Translations under genes and position numbers: made by a program
Notes under the pieces: generated by a model
Told to the model about the DNA's origin: nothing
Databases searched by the model: none
Seen by the model: only the letters and a program-made list of their open reading frames with translations
Assembly (NCBI GenBank): GCA_963823665.1
Contig: CAWGMQ010000005.1
Span: forward strand, 128,001-192,000
DNA: 64,000 nucleotides
Source: an uncultured Planctomycetota bacterium
Lineage (GTDB): Bacteria > Planctomycetota > Planctomycetia > Isosphaerales > Isosphaeraceae
Direction of reading: 5' to 3'
Shown: positions 1 through 11,608 of the stretch, piece after piece
How the letters are laid out: each line of letters opens with the position of its first letter
Position numbering within the stretch: the stretch's first letter is position 1

Positions 1-342
1 GCAGCCGAGCAGGTCGCCACGAGCGGCGAGCGCCCGGGCCAGCAGGGTTCTCAGCTCGCCGTCGTGCGACGATCGGCGCACGTGCTCTCGCGCGGCGGTC
101 TCGGCGGCGGCGGCGTTGCCCTGTCTCAGCAAACGTTCAACGGCGGCGGTGTCTGACAGAGGGCGAGTATCGCGCCAGTACCACCAGGCGTTCCAGCCGG
201 CGCCAGCCGCGCAAAGGGCAAGGACGAACAGCTTCCCGAAGATCGCAAGGAACCGGCGGAGGGGAACCGGCGACCGAGGCGACCGGACCGGAGGGCGCTC
301 GGGGATTTCGGCAGGGGCGACGGCGTCGATCACTCGGGTCAT
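1..342 (-). CDS. Membrane-anchored TPR-like protein (partial, runs off window)
   Basis: Hand translation MTRVIDAVAP...LFVLCAAGAGWNAWWYWRD...LLARALAARGDLLGC: N-terminal TM then helical repeats; co-oriented with upstream TPR genes; absent from ORF track. Confidence 0.7.
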   Translation of the reverse strand, partial: MTRVIDAVAPAEIPERPPVRSPRSPVPLRRFLAIFGKLFVLALCAAGAGWNAWWYWRDTRPLSDTAAVERLLRQGNAAAAETAAREHVRRSSHDGELRTLLARALAARGDLLGC

Positions 343-405
343 GACAGATGAATCGCACGAGAGGAGGGCGGCAGCGCGGACATCGCCCCGACGGGTAGTT
401 CCATG

Positions 406-1721
406 TTACCGGAGACGCGCGAGCGCCGCCAAGCTGAGTGCGTCGCCGGGTGAATCGCGCAGCACCAGGCGATGCCAGGCGCTGCGCTTCGTCGAACCGG
501 CCCATTTTTTCTCGAAGAGACGCCAGATGCTGGTAGAGCTCGGGATGTGGCTGGAGGCCGAGCGTCTTGATCTCGAGCACTTCGTAATAGACTCCACTCC
601 GGTCTGACGCCCCTCTGGCATCCGGGACGGGAACATCATCGGTCTGGTCCGTGCCGGAGTAGGACCGGCGCATCTGCACCGCGGCGGATTTGAAATCCTT
701 GTAGAAGCGGTCGACCCGAGCGTATTCCGCGTCATCGCGCACCTGGCGCAGCACGAATCGGTAGCGGTAGCAGACTCCCTCGTTGAACGGCTCGAACTCA
801 AAGGCCCGGCGGTACGCCGCTGCGGCGCGCGGCCAATCGCGCAGGTTCTGGGCAATCATCGCGTCGTGCTTGGCGAAGCGTGCATCCCCGACGAGTACGC
901 GGGGGAGCCTGGTGAACTCGGCGGCCAGCCGCTCGACCTGGGAAGCATTGAACAAGGCGGTGAACCAGGCGTCCCATGCTTCGGGTGAATCCGCGTGGCG
1001 CTCGAGTGCATCGCCCAAGATTTTCAGGCCCTCGTCGCTGCGGTTCACGCGGATCAAGCGCTTGCCCCAGCGTGATGCAGAGCGGAAGATGCTCGGGGTG
1101 CTCCTTCACGAGCGGCTCGAAGAGCAAGACCTGCATCAGCGGGTCAGGAGTTTCGATGTCGATTCGACACGTCTCGAGCAGGATTCGCACCCGGTCCCGG
1201 GGGTCGGGCTCGACCTCATGCACCTTCATGGCAAGGCGGTGGGCCTCCTCGCGGCGGCTCTCCTTGTCGAGAAGATCGACGAGTGCCCAGCCCGCTTCCG
1301 GCACGGTCGGGTCGAGCTCGAGCGCCTCGCGCCAGCACGACTCGGCCAGGTCAAAACGTTGCTGTTGATACTGAGCTTTGCCCTCGAAGAACTTCACTCG
1401 CGCGGCCTGTTTGTTCGTGCCGGGCCGGACGGCACGAAGATGGCCGAGGGCGAGCTCCGGACGCGCGTCGGCGGGCTCGGTGGCGAACTGAGCCATGAGC
1501 AGATGGGCACCGCTGTCATCGGAATGCACGCGCAGGTAGCGGTCGAGAAGCGCCTCGGCCCGCTTGAACTCTCCGACCCGCGCGAGTGCTTTGACCTCAT
1601 CGAGGCTGGGCGCGCGTGCCTGCGCCCGGCGAATTCCCAGGGCGAATACTGTGACGAGGGCCAACATGACCGCGGTCAGCAAAACGATCAGGATCTGGGG
1701 CCTACGATCAACCGAGCTCAC
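406..1721 (-). CDS. TPR protein with N-terminal TM/signal (frameshifts ~1055 and ~480)
   Basis: Stitched ORFs 798-1721, 137-1057, 406-855; TPR motifs AESCWREALELDP, AAAAYRRAFEFEP; ends AWHRLVLRDSPGDALSLAALARLR. Confidence 0.8.
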
Positions 1722-1768
1722 ACGCGGAATCCGAGCGCCATTGTGGTCCGGATTCTATTATAGCGGAC

Positions 1769-2842
1769 TCAGAGTGAATAGCGCGGCCAGTTCTGGATCG
1801 AGGCCGGAGCTTGCAGGGCAGACTGCTCGCGGAGGCGCTTCACCGTCTGCCCAAGGAGATCGGCTTCGGCCGTGCGTCCGAGCAGACGATAGACGAGCTG
1901 GAGTTTGTACAAGATGTTGTACCGCCTGGGCGAGAGGGATCGCGCTCGGTTCAGTTGCCGCAAGGCCTCTGCCTGATCGTGGCGCGACTGGGCGAGCTTG
2001 GCGAGATTCATATAGGCCAGATAGTCGCCCGGCGCCATGTCTGCCGCCTGGAGGAAACAGCGCTCGGCGTCATCGAGGGAGCCGCGCAGAAAGTAGGTTT
2101 CGCCGAGGCGATTCATCAGCGAAGGATCGGAACTCTTCGACACGGCGATCGAGAGGAAGCGGCTGGCATCCTCGATTCGACCGACGCTGACCAGGTCTTC
2201 GGCGAATTGCCCGCAGAAGAGCGGGGGCATCTCGTGAAGCTCCGGGTCGAGCTTCACAACCTGTTCGAATGCAGCCACGGCTTGTTGCGGGTTGTTGTCG
2301 TTATGATAGACGACGGCGCGCAGCGTGGGCCCCAGCACGGAGCCGCCGGCAACCTGCTCGAGGCGATCGGCCAGCGCAAGAAGGTCGTCGATATCGTTCT
2401 GGACGAGCAAGACGCCGGCGAGCCGGCGCATGGCCGTCACGTTCTCGGGTGAGCGGGCGAGTACCTCATGGAAGGCCGGGATTGCCAGCTCGGGTCGCGG
2501 CCCGAGCGCCAGATGGTAAGCGCGCACCTGCAAGTCTGCCAAATCAAGATGACCGGCCAGCCGGTAGTAGGGCTCGGCTTCCAGCGCGTAGTTGAGCCGG
2601 CTCAGGCACTTCGCGGCGAGCAGGGCTGCTTCGCGGCTCCACGGCTGTTTGTCCAGGTATGCGAGCGAGCGTGAGAGTCCAACCGCGAAATCATCCCGGG
2701 AGTAGGCCTGCTGTCCGTCAACAAGCGCGGTGGAGCGCGTCAAGTTCCACGCCGTAGCGACGATGAGCCCGAGCGGCAGTACGGCGAAGATGATCAGCTT
2801 CAGCGATCTGTGTGACCTTCTCGCACGCGATTGAGGCGTCAT
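1769..2842 (-). CDS. TPR protein with N-terminal TM
   Basis: MTPQSRARR..LIIFAVLPLGLIV; repeated TPR (AVAAFEQVVKLDP, LGETYFLRGSLDDAERCF). Confidence 0.85.
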   Translation of the reverse strand: MTPQSRARRSHRSLKLIIFAVLPLGLIVATAWNLTRSTALVDGQQAYSRDDFAVGLSRSLAYLDKQPWSREAALLAAKCLSRLNYALEAEPYYRLAGHLDLADLQVRAYHLALGPRPELAIPAFHEVLARSPENVTAMRRLAGVLLVQNDIDDLLALADRLEQVAGGSVLGPTLRAVVYHNDNNPQQAVAAFEQVVKLDPELHEMPPLFCGQFAEDLVSVGRIEDASRFLSIAVSKSSDPSLMNRLGETYFLRGSLDDAERCFLQAADMAPGDYLAYMNLAKLAQSRHDQAEALRQLNRARSLSPRRYNILYKLQLVYRLLGRTAEADLLGQTVKRLREQSALQAPASIQNWPRYSL

Positions 2843-3751
2843 GGGGCGTCGACCTGTGCTACGCTCGCTTCCGTAGCCAACCGGCAGAAGCGGGAGTAGA
2901 GACAGAGCACGGCGGGGTGCACACTGGTGCGCCCTACGGAATGTGCCCTTTCCTTCGTTCCAGCTTGACATAAAATTCGCGGCGCGTGAAGGGTTGGCTT
3001 CCGCGTCAGGCTGCTCCGCACGGATCATGATCAAGCGGCTCGCCTACGTCTTTCCGAGCTCCCCTGATAAGCAGTTCGATCCGACGGGTTTGCGTGTGAA
3101 AGAGATGCTGCCCTGCGACATCTGCGTCATTTCTCGGCTCCGATTTTCCACATTGGAGCGATCGTTCCGTGTATGCGGTTGCCGCCCGTGCTGCCGTAGG
3201 TCCGGCACTCCTGCCGGCCGCGCTGCCCCGGGATTGTCGCCTTTCGCTCCGCGACGGGATTCCTCGTCCACCCCACGCCACGACCGAGAGGGCCACTGAA
3301 ATCCACGACAGTGACACCCGCTAGACATAGTGAACAGCCACGGAGACGGAAACTGGCAATCTTGCGTGGCATATGCCAAGGCACTTTTCGCGCGCCGAAA
3401 ACCGCGAACTTAGGTTCCGATCCTTGTACGTGAATTGGAGTTCCGGCTGACTAGCTCCGCGTGGCACGACCGATCGCCGACCCGAAAAGTGGCAAAAAGT
3501 GGCAATATCTAGAGGGCCTTCCAGCATCCGTACACCAGTGTAAATTGGCAGTGCTGAGAGGTGGTACGTGGCCGTCGGCCGTCTTGCTTCGTCCATTGTT
3601 CCAAACGAACGATAAACGCGGCGCAACGCCGCTGCCGAGACCATCGAGTTCACCGCTCCCACATCTGGATCGAAATGCCAGAAGCGAGCGCAAACGCAAG
3701 TCGACACGACACACTTTCACGACATCCTCCGCTCATCGACGCGAGCTTTAC

Positions 3752-3806
3752 GTAGGTCAGGCTTTAGCCTGACGATTTCCTCGCGTAGATCAGGCTTAAC
3801 CCTGAC
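3752..3806 (+). repeat. Two tandem GTAG-class REP-like palindromes
   Basis: GTAG-GTCAGG-CTTTAG-CCTGAC (3752-3773) and GTAG-ATCAGG-CTTAAC-CCTGAC (3785-3806). Confidence 0.7.
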
Positions 3807-5015
3807 GATCTCCCTCCGGATACGGCCACGCTTCCCCAAAAACTGGTACGACATGGTACTGGATGGTACGAATTTCAAAGAATCCTCCTCCCTCCCAATC
3901 GCGTTTCTCAGCCCGCCGCAAGGCTTTGCGTTGCGCACCCGAGGCGAGCGGGCAAGCTGGTGGTCACACGGGCGAACAACGAGGACCGTATTGCGATCCC
4001 AAAGCCAGTGAGATCGAGATTTGAGCCACGGACGGACCAACCAGCACGCTCGTCCCGGCAACCCGCAGCCTCGCGACGCCGACCAGCCCAGCCCGGTCCC
4101 GCGCCTGCGACGCACTTCCCCCCTTCATTATATGTGCGACCGGTTTGCGGCCCCGACAACATTTCGTGCCTAGTTTTTCATTCGACAAGAAACGCAAAGT
4201 CAAGCGAGCAAAAGAATTAACCGCTGCTCTCATTTCGCTCTGTTGTGCCCGTTCAACGCGCATTGAAAACGGCCCAGCGGAACATTCTTGATCGCAAGAA
4301 AACAACACAAACGCCCCGCCCTCATGAGGCGGCCATGCCGGGTCGGTTCAACTCCGTCTCGCGTTCCGGACTCATTCTACCGCGCGCCGATCCCGTCCAA
4401 TGGCCTGTGCGAGCTCCGGAGATAGCGACAGCGGCCGAGCCGAGCTCCTCCGGCGGTCGGTTGCTTCGACGACGGCCTCCGCTGCTACTCTTGCGGATCA
4501 CTGGGACGGAATAGCCGATACGGCGACGTCGTTCCCATGCGCCGTTTTGATCACATCGAGAATGGCCGGGGCCCGCGTTAACCTCCGTGAGGTTCCAGCC
4601 CATGGAACTCCAAGCGTCAAACCCATCGTCACCAGCGTCTTCGAGTCCCCAGAACACTTCCCTCGCTACTGAATTCCCCCGCGCTCCGCGTGAGGACCCA
4701 GACATCCACCCTCTGCTGTCGGTCCCGCGGAAAGGCACACGCACTCGACTCGCACCGGTTTGCGTCCCGCGATCGCTGGGTACCTCGCGGCCGACGCCGC
4801 ACACAGCACGCGCTTTGCCGCGCACGGTCAGCAACCGGATGCGCTCGGCTACGTCGCCGGCGTTTTGCACGCGTCGGTTGCTGCGAACCGCTCGATATCG
4901 ACGGCCGTGCTTCGTCGCTTGCCGCGCCAGCGAAGGAAACGACTCAGGTTGGCGTCGAATCCAATCGAATTCCGCGTACACCGCTGCGACCAGCGCTTGC
5001 GAGCGGGCCGCTTAC

Positions 5016-6233
5016 TTACAGAAACGCGACCTGCGCGGCCGCCTTGCCCTGAAACCAGCGCCGTGAGCAACGCGGCGCAGCGTGCACAAGCGAACTCGCT
5101 CGACCCGCCGCTTGCTTGAACATGCGACCGAAGTCGCGCACCGTGTCCACCCAATTCGATCGATCCACTCCCAGTCGGTCCAGGATGGGCGCCAGGTCTT
5201 CAGGAATTACCCCACGCTTGTCCCGCCGCAGTTCCCGGCCCGTCCAATCGAGCAGCATGGCATACTTTCTGGTCTCGATCGGCAGAAACCCTTGATCCGA
5301 CGCCCGCGCAGGGAGCGGCCGTTTTGACGCCGCCCGGACTGGCACGGTCGAGAACCGCGGCAGAAGAGCCTGCCGGTGCCCGACGCCCCGACACATCGAC
5401 ATCGTCACTCGCGATTCGTTCACGCGGCGCAACCGTTTCCGACGGTGCAGCCAATGAGCTTTCGGCCTGGGCCGTTCTGTGAACGACATCGGTCTCCCGC
5501 AATGTCAGTTCGCACAACCATCCATCCGGGCGATCAAAAATTTCGGGCGAGCTTTCCTCGCGCGATGTATGCAACCCACCCGGAGTTCCGGCGAGGCCCA
5601 GAATGCGGTTACACCCCGACGTGAAATGCGATTCCTCCGGCGTACGGGCGATTCCCGCCCGAATCGGGTTGAGATCGACATAGACGCTGCATGCCAAAAG
5701 CGCCGCCTCATCGAGAAGCGGCTGTGACTTGAAGCGCCCGGCCCAGAATCTGCCGGCCGAGCCTTCATCGCGATTGGCCGCTCGGGCAACCCATTCGCAC
5801 AAACTCATCATGAACCACGACAGACTCGACAACCGCCCGCGCAGCGCCGCCATCCTGCCAGCGTCGGCCATGAGCATTGCCAGGTCGTTGTCGTCGGGCT
5901 CCGCCGGCTCGCCGGTAAGCTCGTCACGTTGCGGAAAGAGCCTGCGCAGCGCAGTGCGACTTCGGCGTCGGACCACTGCTCCACGCTGTCAGGTCGATTG
6001 CGGAGCACGAGATGCAGGTGGTTGCTCATAATGGCATAACCGCACACTAGAGCGCCGAAGAGTCCGGCGAGGGCGCGTAGCCGATCGAGAATCCAGGCCT
6101 TACGGTGAGAGTAATCACGACCGGAGTAAGAGTCGGTGCCGCACAGGAAAGCTCTTCGGACGCACCGAGCAATGCAGTGATAAACGCCCACGCACTCTTC
6201 GTGGACGATGTAGCGGCGAGCAGAGGCCGGCAC
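5016..6233 (-). mobile_element. RAYT-like / Y1 HUH tyrosine transposase (frameshifts ~5950, ~5325)
   Basis: YHCIARCVRRAFLCG, YAIMSNHLHLVL (HUH), FWAGRFKSQPLLDE, YVDLNPIRAG, C-terminal LLDWTGR. Confidence 0.85.
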
Positions 6234-6513
6234 GTAAGGCTCCATCACCAGGCAGGAACTCCTCCGATCTCCGGGTGTTCCTCCAAAACGTCGGTGGTCC
6301 CACCAGCCGGCTCACGCCGGCTGCAAATCGCCCGAACGCTACTTCCTCATGTACAATATGCGTCGACTTTGCAGATTCGTCGCGCGGTAGACACCCGCAG
6401 CGCGTGAAGGGTTAATATCCTGAGAAAGCCGAGCGGCACTTCTGAAGGCTGGGCGACGAGCCGGCCTGCTGTGGGCAGCACTCCGCTATGTCTACCTGAT
6501 TCGATGGAGCACC

Positions 6514-9500
6514 GTGTTGAGATTCGCACCCCTGCCGCTCATTGCCGGTTGTTTCATCTCGCTGTTCTTGCTGTGTTTCTTTCCAGTGCTCTTTCAGGAC
6601 CGGCAGTTTGGTTTTCGTGACGCGGGTCATTTCTACTACCCGCTCCACGAACGTGTGCAGAAAGAATGGAACGAGGGCCGCTGGCCGCTCTGGGAGCTGG
6701 AAGAGAACGCGGGCACACCGCTCTTGGGAAACCCGGCGGCAGCCGTGCTCTACCCCGGAAAACTTGTGTTCGCTGCGTTCCCTTATGCATGGGCAGCGCG
6801 GATTTACATCGTGATGCACACAGCGCTCGCATTCGTTGCGATGCTCGTGCTCCTGCGATCGTGGGCCATCAGCCCCTCGGGAGCAGCCATGGCGCGCTGG
6901 CCTACGCCTTCGGCGCTCCGATCCTGTTCCAGTACTGCAACGTGGTCTATCTGGTTGGTGCGGCGTGGATGCCGCTGGGAATGCACGCGATTGACGGCTG
7001 GGTGCGCCTCGGCCGCCGGTGGGCTCTCTGCGAGCTGGCGGCGGTGCTGGCGCTGCAAGTGCTTGGAGGCGACCCGCAGGCTGCATACCTGCTTGGTCTT
7101 GCGGCAGCCGGCTACGCACCGGGTCTGGCGTGGAGCCGGGCCCGCGCAAGCGCGGCCATGGCGGCTGCGGAAGGGGATTCTGTGAGCGGCAAACAGATTC
7201 GTTTCTTTGTTCGCGTTCTTGGTTTGATCGCCGCGCTTTTGCTATGGGCGATCGCGACGGTCGCGGTGGCTATGTTGCTGCCGAAACTGCGAGAGCCCCA
7301 TCCGGGCGGGCCGACACCTCCGCTCCGATGGATGCCGCTGATGCCCCTGGCGGTTGCGATCGGGTGGGCCCTCTGCGGACTGGGAGTGCTCTACTTTTAT
7401 TACTGGCGCCGCCGCGGCTGGCGAAAACCGCTGGGGGCCATGTGGCTTGGCCTCGTCACGGCGGCTCTGCTGGCGGCGAGCCTGACCGCGGCGCAGCTCC
7501 TTCCAGTCATCGAATTCATGCAGCGGACGACCAGGGCAACCGCGGCCGGTCCCCACGGCATCTACGTCTTCAGCGTCGAGCCGCATCGCCTGGCCGAGCT
7601 CCTCTGGCCTGATATCGGGGGCATGCCGTTTGGCGAGAACAGCTACTGGCCTGACGCCGTCAAGATACCGGGTGTTTATCCCAGAATTTGGGTACCGTCG
7701 CTCTACGTGGGAGGGATGACCTTCCTCCTCGCGCTCTGTGCGCTTTCGCTGCGGCGCGGTCCGGCCTGGCGCGTCTGGGTCTCGGCGATCGCGATTGTCA
7801 GCTCGCTCGGCGGAATGGGGCAATACACCAGCCCGATCTGGGCGGCACGAACGGCCCTCGCCGTGGCCAATTCGCCGCGGCTCGAACGCCTCGCCGGGGA
7901 GCTGGGGCCACTTGGCGCTCCCGGCGATGCGCCAATCCGCCAGGACGGGTTTCTCAAGGATGGTGATGGGAGCATCTACTGGTGGATGGCAACGGTACTA
8001 CCGGGCTTTCGCCAGTTTCGCTACCCGGCCAAGCTGTTTTCGGTCACTTCGCTCGCGTTGGCCGTCCTCGCCGGAGCGGGATGGGACTCGATCTCCGCCG
8101 GCCAACGAAGGCGAGCGATCGTGACCAGCGGTGTTCTCATCGGGCTCAGCCTTTGCGTCCTTGTAGGGGTCGCCGTCTGGCAACAGCCGATTCTGGAGGC
8201 ATTCCGATCGTATGCGGGCACTGCGGAAACGGGACCGCTCGACGCGGTCGGGAGCTACGCTGCGATCGTGCGCAGCTTGGTGCATTCTTTGATCGTGCTG
8301 GGACTGTCGCTTGTGATCTTCACAATTGGTCGTGCGCGCCTGCGCCTTGCAGGCGCAGCCGCACTCGTGCTGATGACGATCGACCTGGCCGCAGCCAACT
8401 CGCGGTACGTGATGACCGTCGCGCAATCGCTTTTTGATCGACGGCCGATGCTCGTGAAGATCATCGAGAAAGCCGAAGCGGACCGGAACCCGCCCACGGC
8501 CGGCCCATTCCGGGTGCATCGAATGCACGAGTGGAGCCCAGTTATTTGGAACGTCACGCGATCGCCGGAACGAGAAGCCGACATTGTCGCGTGGGAGCGC
8601 GATACCATCGGGGCGAAGTACGGCATCAACTTCGGCATCAACTACACGCATTCGACAGGCTCGGGTGAGCTTTCTGACCACGAATGGTACTTCGCGGCGC
8701 TCATCGTGTTCTGGCCGGCCCGGAAATCGCGAGCTGGCTGGGCACCAAGGTGGGTGAGCCTGTCATCTACCTCCCCCGCCGCGCCTATGACTTGTGGAAC
8801 ACGCGTTATTTCATCGTCCCCGCCTTTGCAAACGGCTGGCGCGACGAGGCGCGCGCCTCGGCTGCGTTCCGATTTGAAAGCGAGCTGGTCTATCCCGAAG
8901 CTGGTCGCTTCGACGGACCTCACGGAAAGGAAGACTCGAAGCACTGGATCGACTCACAGGACTACGAGGTTCTGCGCAATGCGCAGGAGTTTCCTCGTTC
9001 GTGGGTCGTGCACATCGCCAGACCGATCCAGTCGTTCGAGGAGTCGTCGCGCGACCTTCGAGCGGCAGCGATGAAGGAGATCCTCTACGCGGGGGACCTG
9101 TTCTGGAATGAACAGGGGCTCACGCCGTTCGACCCGCGCGGCGTGGCATGGGTCGACAGCGCGGATATCGCGCGGATTGCACCGAAGCTCTCGGGCCTGC
9201 CGCCCGAAAAAAGCGAAACGGTCAAGGTCCGTTATCCAGACCCGCAACGGGTTATTCTTGAGGTCACTCTCCAATCGTCCGGCCTGGTGATCCTGAGCGA
9301 CGTGCACTACCCGGGCTGGCAGCTCAAGATCGACGACGACCCGGCACCGATTTATCGCGTGAACGTCTCGATGCGCGGGGCGCTCGTCGCCGCCGGCCCG
9401 CATCGCCTCGAGTATTCGTTTGCGCCGCGATCGTTTCAGATCGGGTTCATTGGCTCCTTCGCCGGGATCTGCGCATGGCTGGCGCTCGGACTGTATTGCA

Positions 9501-9580
9501 CCGTTCGACCCGTTCATCCGGTGCTGGCGATGGGCCGGGAGATCAAGCGGACACGTCGAATCAGCGGTTCGATGGGCTGA
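6514..9580 (+). CDS. YfhO-family GT-C membrane protein (frameshifts ~6890, ~8700)
   Basis: FRDAGHFYYP, PLW..AGTPLLGNP..YP, FRYPAK, C-terminal LSDVHYPGW...RVNVSMRGALVAAGPH; many TM segments. Confidence 0.85.
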
Positions 9581-9609
9581 ATCGACGTGGATCTTGCCGA
9601 GCGATTTGA

Positions 9610-10713
9610 TCAGAGCTGACCGCTGTCGAAAGCCTCGTTGCCGTCCGGAGTTGCGATCGCATACCAAGGCTGCCAGTTCACGCTGGTCTTGACGAACCGC
9701 ACCGAGCCGTCCATGAACAGGACGTTTACACCGCCCGGGTGGTTCGAGCTGGCGTTTTCCAGCGTGACGGTGGCGCGGCTATCGACGTTTGCGTCGGAAT
9801 ACTCGCAGCAGTAGCGATTCGGCAGGTTCGTGTGCGAGTAAATCTGGCTCGGCCCCCACATCCACCACTCGCCCTTATAGCTCGAGGCTTGATTGGCATT
9901 AATCGGCTGGACCGTGGCACAGGATTGAGCGAACTGAAGATCGGTGGGGAACGCGCCGGTTTGCGCTTGACCGGGCAGGTAGTAGACCATGCCCAGGCCG
10001 TTCGTGTCCGGACTGCCATGTGCAGGGCCTTTCACCCATTCACTGAAGATCGCGGTGCCGCTCGTTCCGTCTGTGAAATTGTTCGTCCCGATCATACGCT
10101 GGCCGATGCCGTCCCAGGTGGACAGAATATAGTTCGGTCCGTTCATCTGCCAGTTGAAGCAGACACCGCCGCCGTTGATGCGCCTGTTCTGGCCGATGTT
10201 TGACGGGTAGTTGCTGGCCCCGGTGATCGAGGTTGTCTGGCTTACAAAATTGTTGGGGGTTGTTCCGCCTTTGTTGTTGTCGGACGGGCAGATGAAGTAC
10301 GGAATCTGCATGACGACCACGGTACCGTTCGGCATCTCGTTCTGGATCTGAGAACCGCCGGGGTCATTCCAGCGCGCGCCGAAGGCATGGTTCCACGCGT
10401 TGTACGCGGCCGTTTGTTCCATGTACGGCAGCAGCCGGAGCTTCTGCGAGTAGTTCTGGTGTGGTTGTTGAAGCGCCGTGGTGCTGTTGGGCAACCAGGC
10501 TTGATCAACCGAGACGGGCGGCAAGAGAGTCATTGCCGTCACGTAATTGTTCATCGCGAGGCCGATCTGCTTCAAGTTATTGGTGCACTGCGCCCGCCGT
10601 GCGGCTTCGCGCGCCGCCTGGACCGCGGGCAACAGCAGCGCGATCAAGACCGCGATGATGGCGATCACCACGAGCAGCTCGATCAATGTAAAACCCCGAC
10701 GTCTCTGGATCAT
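9610..10713 (-). CDS. DUF1559 prepilin-like protein, copy 1
   Basis: [50 protein letters not shown]9-DG ([12 protein letters not shown]). Confidence 0.95.
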   Translation of the reverse strand: MIQRRRGFTLIELLVVIAIIAVLIALLLPAVQAAREAARRAQCTNNLKQIGLAMNNYVTAMTLLPPVSVDQAWLPNSTTALQQPHQNYSQKLRLLPYMEQTAAYNAWNHAFGARWNDPGGSQIQNEMPNGTVVVMQIPYFICPSDNNKGGTTPNNFVSQTTSITGASNYPSNIGQNRRINGGGVCFNWQMNGPNYILSTWDGIGQRMIGTNNFTDGTSGTAIFSEWVKGPAHGSPDTNGLGMVYYLPGQAQTGAFPTDLQFAQSCATVQPINANQASSYKGEWWMWGPSQIYSHTNLPNRYCCEYSDANVDSRATVTLENASSNHPGGVNVLFMDGSVRFVKTSVNWQPWYAIATPDGNEAFDSGQL

Positions 10714-11097
10714 TGCCGGATTCCCTGTGTTAAGCCAGTAGAACCGAAAAAAAGACAACGGCGTGCACAAATCGCGTTCCGATCGACAAAGCGGTGAATT
10801 GTGGACGAACCCCCCAGCCAACCCGGCGCGCGCACCGAACGCCCGCTCGTTCTCAGAGCGATCAAAACGATCCCCTAATTGTTTAGGCGTCGTTTCTCTG
10901 AAGGCTGTCCGGAGAATCTGCAATGACGAACGACTCGAAGAACTGCGTCGCTGGTTGACTGCCGGCATATCGAGCCACGCCTGCGCGTGGATCGGTGGGA
11001 CTCAACGACCCGAATGGCCCCACCGCAGTTCGTCTGACGTTCGAGACTCCTTGCGCCGCGGCGGCATTCTAAATGAAGTAATTAGGACTAAAAATTT

Positions 11098-11127
11098 AGG
11101 ATAGCCGAACCTTCACGCCACTGTCAA
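11098..11127 (-). promoter_or_regulatory. Sigma70-like promoter for DUF1559 copy 1
   Basis: TTGACA-N18-TATCCT on minus strand. Confidence 0.6.
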
Positions 11128-11375
11128 CCAGTTGTGGAGCAACAACGTATGCGAAGTTGTGGTGCTGCGGCTGCGGTACAGTGCGACTTTACTCGAGTAC
11201 CCTGTCGTTGTGCGCCGAATCGGCGATCAACAGCGATCGGCCGAGCGGGGCAGGAGAGAAGACGGCAAACGCTCCGAATGACGGACAGTTTGCGCTCAGA
11301 GAGTGCGCGAAGTAAGGAACAGGCCGGAAATAACTTCCCGATTTCGGTCTCAATCCTACCACGACGGAAAGCCCT

Positions 11376-11425
11376 CGTTCCGACGCTCTGCGTCGGAACG
11401 GTCTTTGTGCCGCTCCGCGGCGCAC
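11376..11425. repeat. REP-like palindrome
   Basis: CGTTCCGACGC-TCT-GCGTCGGAACG perfect 11-bp stem, followed by a second small hairpin. Confidence 0.6.
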
Positions 11426-11520
11426 TTCACGTAAATCGACGGAATTTGGTTCCGGCCCGTTCCTAAGCGCCAGCGGACCGGGCGCGAACCGCGAGCCCGA
11501 CGTTCAACAAAGACGAAACA

Positions 11521-11568
11521 CCCCCACGCCCTCCGTCGCCCGAAAAGGGAGACGGAGGAGGGAGGGTG
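11521..11568 (-). terminator. Putative terminator hairpin downstream of DUF1559 copy 2
   Basis: CTCCGTCTCCC-TTTTC-GGGCGACGGAG stem followed by a T-rich tract. Confidence 0.45.
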
Positions 11569-11608
11569 TAAAACCGAGTTCGGGTCGATTGCGTGAGCCC
11601 AACGGGAC

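Noticed and set aside
4340..4650. tRNA-like fragments (GGTTCAACTCC; CCCATCGTC..TTCGAGTCCCC) as att sites
   Set aside because: Matches are only 9-11 nt, there is no cloverleaf and no integrase
5200..5976. Programmed frameshifting in the transposase
   Set aside because: No slippery motif seen, and frameshifts are ubiquitous in this assembly
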